The position numbers and the translations under genes were made by a program. The notes under the pieces are model-generated. The model saw nothing but the letters and a program-made list of their open reading frames with translations, was not told where the DNA came from and did no database searches. Source: Histomonas meleagridis 2922-C6/04-290x (taxonomy: Eukaryota; Protista; Parabasalia). From it: a stretch of DNA of 64,000 bases. Below are positions 21,978-33,568 of the stretch, piece by piece. Where the stretch lies: the NCBI GenBank assembly GCA_020184695.1, contig JAANOX010000095.1, positions 62,001 to 126,000 of the forward strand, given 5' to 3'. The stretch's first letter is position 1. The number at the start of each line of letters is the position of its first letter.

Positions 21978-22929
21978 GAAAATTAGTGATATGATGTTGT
22001 ATTTTCGGGAGCTCTCAATTTTCAAAAAAAAAGCTCAGTGAATTATCCGATAATTCTATACATAAAAAAACGGCATGATTCAATTTTTTTTGCGTTTTTC
22101 CATAAATCATCGGAAAGTAATACATAAATAAGTTATTCGGGATTTTCATCGATTTTCCTCTTCGATCATTGACACATATATTTATCATATGTTAAAATTA
22201 ATTTATATTTGAAAAAAATATTCACATCATTTTTTTAATGATTAATCACCGAAGCAAATTTTTAGTAATGCAATTTTATTGTATTCTACAGGTTTTTAGG
22301 AAAATTGGAAGTTAATTATAATTAATAATTATACGTTTTTCGAACTTTCATTAATCTGGATTATTACTTTGGTATATATGTCAACAAGCTCTTGATCATA
22401 GAAGGAAATTATATAGAATTTTTGCATTATAACAAGAATATTTTGGTTATATCGGCAATTTAAGTAATGATTTGTCGTAGGACATGGAAAAAAAAGCATA
22501 GCTAAAAATCATTAGCTAATGATATTTAATATCATATGTGAATAACAAAATTGTCTTCTTTGAATCTTTTTCAATGGATCTTCTTCATTATTATTTTTAA
22601 AATATTCAACCAAAAAAATTATAGATTTCTTCGATTTTTCTTCACTTTTTTGTTTGTTATTTCAAATATGAATAATACAATAAGTAATGAAATAATAATA
22701 AATACAGCAATTAAAACACCAATAATAATATAAACAAAAAATATATATATTATGTCATCATTTGTTGTTTTTTTATTTCCAATAATAAAATATAAATCAG
22801 TATAAAAATTAAAATATTCACAACAAACAAAAATGTATAATGATGATATAATTCATGTTATTATGAAATATAATCGAAGTTTGAATGTATAAAAACGTCG
22901 AGCTGATTTTTGTTGTAACAAATGAATAT

Positions 22930-23140
22930 AAATATGAACTATAAATACTAGAAAGAGATAAATACATTTATGTATAGCACAGCTCAAAAATGCATTATCT
23001 CCAATAGCTTTTACAATTTTTTTAATAATATGTGTTATCAACATAAAGAAAACTCACCCATTTCAATTTTTGCTACAATGTTTGGAATAATCAAAATCTT
23101 ACAATCACAAATGTAATTGCATAATTTTTGATTATATATC
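22930..23140 (-). pseudogene. BspA/LRR_5 remnant
   Basis: Fragments ILIIPNIVAKI and IVKAIGDNAFLSC in broken frames. Confidence 0.4.
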
Positions 23141-23315
23141 AGATCAGAATGAAATCGAGAAAAACTTTGCACTGGAATTTTGAATTCTCAAATATTTCCA
23201 ATAAAATAAAAATCCTCAGGAAAGAGATAACATTGTTTCAATATAATAATTTTTTCTTTATATAAGATGTGCGCTAAAAATATAAAAAGATATCATATAA
23301 TATTTACAAATTTTA

Positions 23316-23996
23316 TTAATCAGAATCAGAGATATAAATGTATTGCCTATTACTTTCATGTACAGTTGGCGTTTTTTGTTTATTAATATTTTCTGTGTTC
23401 TCTGTTTTTTGATTTTGTTTTGTTTGCACAACTGGCTGAATATACTTTCCCATTAACATTTGGACAATTTGTTCGTTTGTTTTGCCAGATGCCATTAATT
23501 CACTGACAACTGATGGATCTGTTTTAAACTGTATTGACATAGCAATAACATCATCACTGTATCCTTTCATCTTGTCCCAATCAATCCCCTCTCTAATTTC
23601 TTTTTCATGTTTTTCAAATTGTAAATCGTCAAAATCTTGAATCTTTAAATTTTCTTTCTTTTGATTAGGAGTGACTGTAATATTTTTTGTACGACAAAAT
23701 GGGCACATGCGCTCTTTTGGATCAATGCATGCAGCAAAGCATTCTGTGCATATATGTTGATGACAACAATTTGTTTCATTTATTAAAGGATAAAAATTAT
23801 AACAAATGGAACAAATGATATTATTATGGTCTGTAATATCACTTGTGTATGGAACTATATTTGTCAATTTATTAGAATAAATTTGTTCCGAAATTTGTTG
23901 GATTGTCCATTTATACTTAGAATAAATCCCATTGAATTTAACTTGCTGTTTTGTGTGACCTCTTGGTTTAATTGTTAAGAATTTCCTGAGATCCAT
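23316..23996 (-). CDS. RING-finger protein (SIP5/GW2/DA2-like RING)
   Basis: CSICYNFYPLINETNCCHQHICTECF...CPFCR matches the C-x2-C...CC...ICTEC...CPFC RING variant. Confidence 0.75.
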   Translation of the reverse strand: MDLRKFLTIKPRGHTKQQVKFNGIYSKYKWTIQQISEQIYSNKLTNIVPYTSDITDHNNIICSICYNFYPLINETNCCHQHICTECFAACIDPKERMCPFCRTKNITVTPNQKKENLKIQDFDDLQFEKHEKEIREGIDWDKMKGYSDDVIAMSIQFKTDPSVVSELMASGKTNEQIVQMLMGKYIQPVVQTKQNQKTENTENINKQKTPTVHESNRQYIYISDSD

Positions 23997-24238
23997 ACAA
24001 TAAAAGAAAATTTATTGGTGGATAAACGGCGAACGTTTAAAATCATTTTGTATAAAAACATCTATAAACAAAGAACTCAAAAATCACAATTTTTATTATA
24101 AAAAATCAGGTTTTCATTGAGTTGTTATCAAGGGGAAAAAAAACTAAAATTTTTTTTTTCAATGAACAAATACAAATCCTAACATATGCTCATATTTTGT
24201 TATCAGACCAACAATAACACCTAGATTTATTTTTTATT

Positions 24239-25270
24239 TTACTTTTTACCAATGATCATGTTGAAATGTGCCTCTGCTTCCTCTGGATCAAGTGGTCCTA
24301 CAACATGATGTGGTACATATGGCTTTTCTAACTCATCAATTTCCTCCTGAGTCAGTTTAACCTTTACAGCACCAACAGCATCGACCAAATGTTGAACCTT
24401 TGTCGCACCAACAATTGGTGCTGCAACAATACTTTTACTAAGGAGCCAAGCAAGTGCAACTTGTGTTCTTGAAATTCCTCTTTTTTCGGCAATTTCCTTC
24501 ACTTTTTGAACAATTATCATATCTTGATCGCGAGTTGAGTCATATTTTCCTTTTGCGACTTCGTCCGTTTTACTTCGTAATGTTTCTGCATCCCAATCGC
24601 GTACAAGTCTTCCAGATGCAAGTGGTGAATATGGTGTTGACATTACTCCTTCTTCCCTCAATAATTTAAACATTTCACGTTCTTCCTCACGATATATTAA
24701 GTTATAATGATCTTGCATAGAAATGAATGTGACCCATCCATGTTGGCGAGCAACTTCTTGAGCTTTGAGAAATTGATATGCATACATTGCACTAGCACCA
24801 ATGTAACGAACTTTGCCGGATTTAACAACTTCGTTAAGAGCTTCCATTGTTTCTTCAATTGGTGTGCTGTAATCCCAACGATGAATGATTAATAAATCGA
24901 TATAATCCATTCCAAGTCGTGCAAGTGACCTGTCAACTTCGCGAAGAATTGCGGGCTTTGAAAGGCGTCCTTCATTGAAGTATACTTTTGTGGCTATGAT
25001 AACATCTTCACGCTTAGCAAATTTCTTGATTGCACGACCAAGCATTTCTTCAGATGTACCTGCGGCATAACCATTAGCAGTATCAAAGAAGTTGATTCCA
25101 AGTTCTAAAGCCTTTTTAACAATTTCATCTGATTGTTCTTCATCAAGAAGCCATTCATGAATCCATTTAGTTTTATCACCAAAGCTCATGCATCCACAAC
25201 ATATACGTGAAACAATTAAATCGGATTTACCGAGTTGAATGTATTCCATGTTTTCGTTCTTCTTGAACAT
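24239..25270 (-). CDS. Aldo-keto reductase, bacterial YajO/IolS-like
   Basis: LGKSDLIVSRICCGCMSFG, FFDTANGY, IATK, SLARLGMDYIDL..IHRWD, GKVRYIGAS, QDHYNLIYRE, PYSPLASG, QVALAWLL, PIVGATK. Start may be the second Met (MEYIQLG). Confidence 0.95.
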   Translation of the reverse strand: MFKKNENMEYIQLGKSDLIVSRICCGCMSFGDKTKWIHEWLLDEEQSDEIVKKALELGINFFDTANGYAAGTSEEMLGRAIKKFAKREDVIIATKVYFNEGRLSKPAILREVDRSLARLGMDYIDLLIIHRWDYSTPIEETMEALNEVVKSGKVRYIGASAMYAYQFLKAQEVARQHGWVTFISMQDHYNLIYREEEREMFKLLREEGVMSTPYSPLASGRLVRDWDAETLRSKTDEVAKGKYDSTRDQDMIIVQKVKEIAEKRGISRTQVALAWLLSKSIVAAPIVGATKVQHLVDAVGAVKVKLTQEEIDELEKPYVPHHVVGPLDPEEAEAHFNMIIGKK

Positions 25271-25539
25271 AAATTTATGTGAAGTGGATTGAGGATAGAA
25301 ATGCTTTCAATATCCTGAACCGATAAAAATTGTGAACATTTAAAAAGTTTACTCAGATCTTGAGAACCCCATTTTTTCAATCTAAACTCATTTATTTAAT
25401 ATTTTCTATGAGATTTATCAAAATACGCAAAAATTAGAATTGGTATGAGTTTGATTTCTGTTTAAAACAATCGTATATTTATTGAATTTTCTATCAGCCA
25501 CCGTTTTTTTGCTCATCATGATTGCAATTAATCTTCAAA

Positions 25540-26140
25540 TGGAACGTCAATTCAAGGATGAAAAAACAGACCAAAAACATGAGAGCAAACCAGAAATATT
25601 ATTATTTATTGAACATTTGATTTTTAATCTGACCAAAGAAAATATTATTGAATATGCTTTTGCAAAAACAATTGTTTGTAAATATGATAATATTTATTCT
25701 ATATCTTATAATTTAATTATTGATCAAATTTTCAATATCAAAGAATGATTGGGGACTTCATAAACAATTAATATAAATTGGATATAATCTGAATGAAATT
25801 GCGAAAATAATTAAAAATGTTGAAATCGAAAAACTTCAAGAAATATCATCACTAAATGATTTTAATTTTGATCAAACAACTAATCATATCATTCATTTAT
25901 GTGAACAAAATCATTCAACATTTGAAGGTGCATATGAAGCTTCAATTAAATTTCATCGAAATGATATCTTTAAATATATTTATGAAAATAAATTAGAAGA
26001 ATTTAATAATTTTGAAGATTTAGGAGAAAACTGTAAGTTATATAATAATTATGAAATTTTCTCATATTTACAAAAAGAAGGAATGAAAATTAATAATTCT
26101 ATTATTGATGTTGCAATTAATGGAAATATATTTCTTGATT
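25540..26140 (+). pseudogene. Deleted and frameshifted paralog of the DUF3447-like ankyrin gene head
   Basis: Fragments IEHLIFNLTKENI, NEIAKIIKNVEIEKLQEISS..DFNFDQ and IIHLCEQNHSTFEGAYEASIKFHRNDIFKYIYEN match the 29669 gene, with an internal deletion and stops. Confidence 0.7.
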
Positions 26141-27113
26141 TCTTTAAAAACTTCCTGACATATTGATTTACTCATCTGGTCAACATAATATTGAACTCGT
26201 TGTATATATTTTAACTCTGAGAGATCAAGCAAAAAATTATAATTTTTGTCATGAAACAATTCGAACAATTCGCAACAAACAGGGGACAAAATTTTATAAA
26301 GTAAAAGATATGCCACCATTGTATTAAAAACACAAAGCAACTAGACTAGATTATTGTAGTTATGTATTATAAATTGTACCACCCTAATAAGTAAACAATT
26401 CAAAAAAATTCTGTACCTTGCTTTTTTTTCAAATGAATGATCTAAGATTTCGTCACTTTTATGTGTATTTTCGATTGTATTACCGGTTGCTGTGGAAAAA
26501 ATAATATTTTTTAATCGATTAAAAATTATATTTCATGAGTTGATAAATTTTTTTGATTTGATATATAAATTATTGTATAGTTGATATAATGCTTATATAT
26601 GAAATGAAAAAATAAGGAAAGAAATTGGTTTTTTTGATAATTGAAGTACCTTGGCAAAGGCCAAGTATCCGTTCAAAAAGTCAGTTTTCAATATTCACTT
26701 GAATAAAGCTTATTTTATTTTTATTCAAAATACGAGTGACATAAATTTTCATTGTTTCGGATTGGTATTCAATTTTGTTCAAATTTTTTCACAACAAAAA
26801 ATTAGAGGAATCGCATTTCAAGGGCATAACGGTCGTTTCCATTAAATTATTGTATAGTTTATGCTTTCGAATTCTTTATTTATTCCGATAAGTGACTCTT
26901 TACGCCAGATGAAATTAAATTAATAAAAATTAATAAAATAAGTGTCGTTTTGTATCATATAAAATTAAATTAAAAAAATTAAATGCAATGATTGTCGTTT
27001 AGTTTTGAATTTCGTTCTGACGATTTCTGACTGTCAAAACAGTCGTCTGGCGGTTTTGATGAATTTTAAAATCAGTCAGACGAAACGGTTTTGTCGTTGC
27101 ACGTTATAATAAA

Positions 27114-27500
27114 ATGCAAAGTAAATCAACTTATAAACTCATTATACCATCAAAATTCCAAGCAAAATTAGCAATTACAAGAGTCGAAGAGGACAACAAT
27201 TTTTTAACTGAAGCAGAAATTCAAGCAATTATCAATTTTACATATTATTTAAATCATGAAAAAATCAAAGAACACGAATTACCATCAATTTTCAATATTC
27301 AGTCTCTAATAAACAGAGTTATAGAAGTAATTGTCGAACATGGGGATGAATTATTATTTAAATATAGAAAAATAATTGCAAAATTTATTCTCTCTTTGCA
27401 ATTATGGTCAATTGATTCAGAAATAGATAAAATAACTGATAATCCTATTCTTAATATTATTTTAATAACTTATCGAATTGAAATGGGCATCATTGATTAA
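27114..27500 (+). CDS. 128-aa ORF of unknown function inside the hAT element
   Basis: ATG-initiated ORF convergent with the transposase 3' end; no motif recognised. Confidence 0.35.
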   Translation: MQSKSTYKLIIPSKFQAKLAITRVEEDNNFLTEAEIQAIINFTYYLNHEKIKEHELPSIFNIQSLINRVIEVIVEHGDELLFKYRKIIAKFILSLQLWSIDSEIDKITDNPILNIILITYRIEMGIID

Positions 27501-27599
27501 GAAGAAAGTGATGAAGAAAGTGAAAAAAGTGAAGAAATGTAAAAATTAATTGAACTCAATAAAAATTTAATAATTTAAGTTTATTTATTTTCATCATTT

Positions 27600-29422
27600 T
27601 AAATATTATATACTTGTTCTGTTATTTCTGGATTTAAAGCAATGAGAACTTGATCCTCAAATACATCATCACACATATGCGCTTATCTTAAACTTTGAAT
27701 CCTTTTGCTACAAGGAAATTGTCTATCTGTAGAAGCACTAGAAGGAAAAATCGACATAATTTTATTTGCAATTTCTGCTAGTTTTGGAAGTTAGAGGGAT
27801 TTTTTTGTTCCAAAATTGATTTGGCATATATTCACCAATTATACATTGTGCTTTATACGCATTTATTTCCTCATGGATTGTAAGGTTCTCATTTTTTGTT
27901 TGTAGTTTTTCATCATCTTTAACTAATGACATCATATCGAATAATGCATCATCTTTTACATCATCTTTTCTTTCTTCTTTATTTTTATTTAAAGCGTCTA
28001 TATCTATTACTTCTAATGAATAATGAATATTAACTTTTTTGCTTTTTAGATTACTATTCGCTAATTGTAATATAGCTGATTTTTGTGTAATGTAAGACCA
28101 TTTGCCATTTTCATTTGCAAAAAAATTAAAAATTAATTCCATATCGTTATGATTAAGTAATACCTCATGATTTAATCCTGGATGAAGAAAGCATGCAACT
28201 TCCAAGAGAGGACTCCAACTATATTCAGTTTCAGTTAAAAACTTCATTAGAATATATATGCCAATTTTAAAAAGCCTCTAAATATGTTATACCTTTTTTA
28301 CTTAGATCAGAAAAACAAGAATAAATAGAGTAAAATGCTTGCAAAACATAACATATTGTTGTATAATTCTCACCTTCGAGTGCTCTTGTTGTTCTTTTTA
28401 CAATTTGTACGATACTCATTATATTTTCAATATTATTCCAAATTTTCATTGGTATAACTTCTTGAAATTCAATTCGCATTAACTCAATTATTTCATTTTT
28501 AAGTTTTTGCATATGATTTAGCATTTTGAAAAGGCTGTGCCGTCTTACTTCATTATAACTAGAAATCCGAGTAATTTTTGATTCCTTTCTAATTAAAAAT
28601 GATGCAAAAATTTCTGAATTTTTTAATTTTTTTTGTAAATTAACGAATTGGAGTTATCAAAGGATTAATTTCTTTGATAAAAAAGGTTAAAAGAGAATTA
28701 AAAGCGTGACATACACAATTTCCCCAAAGGATTAGAGGGCTTTTTTGCTGTAGTCTTAAGTCATTTAGTTATTGAATTCCTGATTTCATGATTTGTGCTC
28801 GATCTGTTACAATTAATAATACTTTATCACTAATATTATATCCTTCAATAATAGAATTTGTTATACCACAAATTTCATCTGATGCTAAGTGGTCTCTTCC
28901 ATCACAAGCAATCACTTTATCAAGCGATACATGACTTATTGTCAAAAACTTCATTTCACCTTCCAATTGAGTATGACAAGAAACCCCAAGAAACCGACGT
29001 TTTGTTAAATCACACCATTCATCTATAGATAAAGTACAAAAATCGCATTGCGATAATATATTTTTTGATACCCCTCTAACTTTGTTTGCTATTCTACGTG
29101 ATTTTAATTGTAAGCTTTTTATGTTACACAACCCAGGAATCACTTGCAGGTTTTTATCTTCTATACATTTATATGTATATCCATTTAATAAAATAAATAG
29201 TTCAATGCAATTATTTAATTTATTTTGCCAATTCCTACTGATGCCTGTGTTTTTTTCAAATATTTCATCGTTATAACTAATCGTATTGTAATGCATTTTA
29301 ATATGAGAAATTGTTGTTCCGACTTTTTTCCATGTATGACATTTTGTGCAAAAAAAGAACTCGATATCTGGGCCAAAATCTAAAATTGCAATAAAACATT
29401 CTGAATACTTATTATGCTGCAT
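27600..29422 (-). pseudogene. hAT transposase, frameshifted and stop-interrupted
   Basis: BED-like CTKC...HIKMH, LSIDEWCD, VTDRAQ, CVCH (CxxH, ~28710), LEGENYTTI, WSPLLEVACFLHP and a hATC-like SSASTDRQF tail, split over at least four ORF pieces. Confidence 0.85.
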
Positions 29423-29668
29423 AAATCCTCATTGTAATTTAAGATTATCTGTGTCTAATATTAGAAATTCAGATAATTGATTTGTGATATCAATTTTGGA
29501 GGGAATAATATTATTGGCGGGTTTTTCAATTTTCGGTGGGCTTTTACCACGGATGCGACCGTTTATGACGACCGTTATGTCCTGGTAAAACGATCCCTCC
29601 AAAAAACTACCCTTTGTCGATCAAAATACAAACAAAACCTATTTATTCAATTAATCAGTTTATTTCAA

Positions 29669-32600
29669 GTGGGGGGAAATCAAAGTCAATCGATTCTCAA
29701 ATATAACGAAAACCTTCAAATATTGCAAGCTATTGAGAGAATTATTTTCGATTTAAATGAGGAAAATATTGAACAATCAGTCGAATCTTCTTTTCAATAC
29801 TTTTCTCAAGAATTTCCAATTTCATTTCTTCACATTATTAGCAGAATTATTTATTCATATTTTGTTTCCAAAGGATTTGAAAAATTATGCATCAAGTATT
29901 TACAAAAAGCAGAAATAAAATCAAATAATGCCTTAATTAATGTTGTTACTCAATTTTTATTATCAATTAATAACGAAGAATCAAATTATCTTCTTGAAAA
30001 AATGATTGAAAGTAAATTAATAGAATCAAAAATTATTCAAAATAAAAATAATCCTTTTTATATACATTATGTTTCAGAAGAAGAATTCATAAAACTGCAA
30101 TCTCAAAGGATTAAATTCAAAAATAAAAATAATTTCAAAGATCTTTCTGAAAATTTTGAACTTCATAAGAAATTAATTAAAGAAGGACATAATCCAAATG
30201 AAATAGCAAAAATAATTCGAAATGATGAAATAGAAAAACTTCAAGAAATATCATCACAAACAAATTTTGATTTTAATCAAAGAATTGAACCATCACTTTA
30301 TGAAAGATGTTCATTTATTAATAAATATGATGTTACATTAATTGATTATGCAGCTTTTTTTGGATCAGTTAAATGTTTTAAATATTTACTTATGAATGGA
30401 GCAAATGTAATAAATACAGGTAAATATGCAATTGCAGGTGGAAATGAAGAAATCATTCATTTATGTGAACAAAATCATTCATCATTCGAAGATGATTATG
30501 AAACAGCAATTATGTTTCATCGAAATGATATCTTTAAATATATTTCTGAAAATAAAATTAATCCTGATGATAATTTAGAAGAATTAGGAAAAGAATGTAT
30601 TTTACATGATAATTTTGATCTTCTTTCATTTTTAAAAGAAGAAGGAATGAATATCAATAAGAATCATATCATCAATTCTATTAGTACAGGAAATATTTTT
30701 ATTTTTTTATATTTCCTCGGAAATAATAATATTACTTTGAATTTTTTAGAGATTTCAGAGATTTCTATTAAGGAAGAATTTTTTGACTACCTTATTGATC
30801 ATAAATATATTAATTTAAAGAGAAGTGTATGAAAATTTTATTGAAATTTTATTAAAACAATTTGATATTTTAAAATACAATTTAAATTTTTATTATAAAA
30901 TTTAATACAGCACTTATTTTAGCATCTGAAAAAGGTCACACAGAAATTGTTAAAATACTTCTTAAACAAGAAGGAATTGATGTTAATGCAAAAGATATTC
31001 ATTTGAATAATTTGGAATATGTTTTAATAATTTAAAGCAGCACTTCATATGGCAGTTGGAAATAATAATATAGAAATAGTAAAATTACTTCTTGAACAAA
31101 AAGGAATTGATATTAATGCAAAATATATTCATTTGAATAATTTGGAATATGTTTTAATAATTTGGAATATGTTTTAATAATTTTATATATGTTTTAATAA
31201 TTTAAAATATGTTTTAATAATTTTATATATGTTTTAATAATTTGGAAAATGTTTTAATAATTTGAAACAGCACTTCATATAGCAGTTAGAAATAATTATA
31301 TAGAAATAGTAAAATTACTTCTTGAACAAAAAGGAATTGATATTAATGCAAAATATATTCATTTGAATAATTTAGAATATGTTTTAATAATTTGGAATAT
31401 GTTTTAATAATTTTATATATGTTTTAATAATTTAAAATATGTTTTAATAATTTTATATATGTTTTAATAATTTAAAATATGTTTTAATAATTTGAAACAG
31501 CACTTCATATGGCAGTTAGAAATAATAATATAGAAATAGTAAAATTACTTTTAGATAAAGAAGGAATTGATGTTAATGCAAAAAATATTCATATGAATAA
31601 TTTGAAATATGTTTTAATAATTTTATATATGTTTTAATAATTTTATATATGTTTTAATAATTTGGAATATGTTTTAATAATTTAAAATATGTTTTAATAA
31701 TTTGAAATATGTTTTAATAATTTGGAAAATGTTTTAATAATTTGAAACAGCACTTCATATGGCAGTTGGAGGTAATAATATAGAAATAGTAAAATTACTT
31801 TTAGATAAAGAAGGAATTGATATTAATGCAAAAGATATTCATTCGAATAATTTGGAATATGTTTTAATAATTTAAAATATGTTTTAATAATTTGAAATAT
31901 GTTTTAATAATTTGAAATATGTTTTAATAATTTGGAAAATGTTTTAATAATTTGAAACAGCACTTCATATAGCAGTTAGAAATAATAATATAGAAATAGT
32001 AAAATTACTTTTAGATAAAGAAGGAATTGATGTTAATGCAAAAAATATTCTTTTGAATAATTTTATATATGTTTTAATAATTTGAAACAGCACTTCATAT
32101 AACAGTTAGAAATAATAATATAGAAATAGTAAAATTACTTCTTGAACAAAAAGGAATTGATATTAATGCAAAAAATATTCATTTGAATAATTTATAATAT
32201 GTTTTAATAATTTAAAATATGTTTTAATAATTTTATATATGTTTTAATAATTTAAAATATGTTTTAATAATTTGAAACAGCACTTCATATAACAGTTAGA
32301 AATAATAATATAGAAATAGTAAAATTACTTTTAGATAAAGAAGGAATTGATGTTAATGCAAAAAATATTCATATGAATAATTTGAAATATGTTTTAATAA
32401 TTTTATATATGTTTTAATAATTTAAAATATGTTTTAATAATTTGAAACAGCACTTCATATGGCAGTTGGAGATAATAATATAGAAATAGTAAAATTACTT
32501 CTTGAACAAAAAGGAATTGATATTAATGCAAAAGATATTCATTTGAATAATTTGGAATATGTTTTAATAATTTAAAATATGTTTTAATAATTTTATATAT

Positions 32601-33419
32601 GTTTTAATAATTTGGAATATGTTTTAATAATTTTATATATGTTTTAATAATTTGGAAAATGTTTTAATAATTTGAAACAGCACTTCATATAGCAGTTAGA
32701 AATAATTATATAGAAATAGTAAAATTACTTCTTGAACAAAAAGGAATTGATATTAATGCAAAAGATATTCATTTGAATAATTTGGAATATGTTTTAATAA
32801 TTTAAAATATGTTTTAATAATTTTATATATGTTTTAATAATTTGGAATATGTTTTAATAATTTTATATATGTTTTAATAATTTAAAATATGTTTTAATAA
32901 TTTGAAACAGCACTTCATATGGCAGTTAGAAATAATAATATAGAAATAGTAAAATTACTTTTAGATAAAGAAGGAATTGATGTTAATGCAAAAAATATTC
33001 ATATGAATAATTTGAAATATGTTTTTAATAATTTTTATATATGTTTTTAATAATTTGGAATATGTTTTAATAATTTAAAATATGTTTTAATAATTTGAAA
33101 TATGTTTTAATAATTTGGAAAATGTTTTAATAATTTGAAACAGCACTTCATATAGCAGTTAGAAATAATAATATAGAAATAGTAAAATTACTTTTAGATA
33201 AAGAAGGAATTGATGTTAATGCAAAAAATATTCTTTTGAATAATTTGGAATATGTTTTAATAATTTAAAATATGTTTTAATAATTTGAAATATGTTTTAA
33301 TAATTTGGAATATGTTTTAACAATATTTTACTGCAACTCAAATTGCACATCAAAAAGGTTACACAGAAATAGTAAATTTACTTAGTGAAAAAAATATAAA
33401 GCAAAAACGAAAATTTTGA
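29669..33419 (+). other. Interrupted DUF3447-like/ankyrin-repeat gene: head ORF plus 13 ankyrin modules separated by non-coding spacers
   Basis: Head ORF (LIDYAAFFGSVKCFKYL, KYAIAGGNEEIIHLCEQ) stops at 30832. Modules start at 30907, 31037, 31267, 31497, 31747, 31957, 32087, 32277, 32447, 32677, 32907, 33140 and 33330; the last ends in TGA at 33417-33419. The head has no ATG in its first ~110 codons; proposed start is GTG at 29669. Confidence 0.8.
30907..33419 (+). repeat. Nested tandem repeat: 90-nt ankyrin module plus spacers built from a 20-bp minisatellite (atatgttttaataattt(gg/aa/ta/ga)N)
   Basis: Module-to-module periods 130, 230, 230, 250, 210, 130, 190, 170, 230, 230, 233 and 190 bp, i.e. 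90 + 20n (one has 3 extra T). Confidence 0.95.
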
Positions 33420-33568
33420 ATCAGATTCCTATTCTACATCAAATCATCATTTTCAATACGAAATGGAAATAAATCATATATTACTAATAATATTAAAATA
33501 AACTTTAAGATCAAATGTTCACAAAAAAACACTAGAAACAAAAGTATCAAACAAAAATTGACACAAAC

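Larger units (their letters stand above)
26804..29600 (-). mobile_element. Decayed hAT-superfamily DNA transposon (~2.8 kb)
   Basis: 33-bp imperfect TIRs (26804-26836 vs 29568-29600, 26/33 identical, inner 12 bp CATAACGGTCGT perfect); 7/8 flanking duplication AAAAAATT/AAAAAACT; broken transposase inside. Confidence 0.8.

Noticed and set aside
21804-21986. + strand Met/Trp-rich ORF
   Set aside because: Antisense shadow of the His/Pro/Gly peptide gene.
29477-29668. N-terminal 64 codons of track ORF 29477-30832
   Set aside because: Starts at TTG, runs through the transposon TIR, and has no counterpart in the 60512 paralog.
30907-33419. CRISPR-like repeat-spacer array
   Set aside because: The conserved unit is 90 nt of ankyrin coding sequence, the spacers are a minisatellite rather than unique sequences, there are no cas genes, and the context is eukaryotic.
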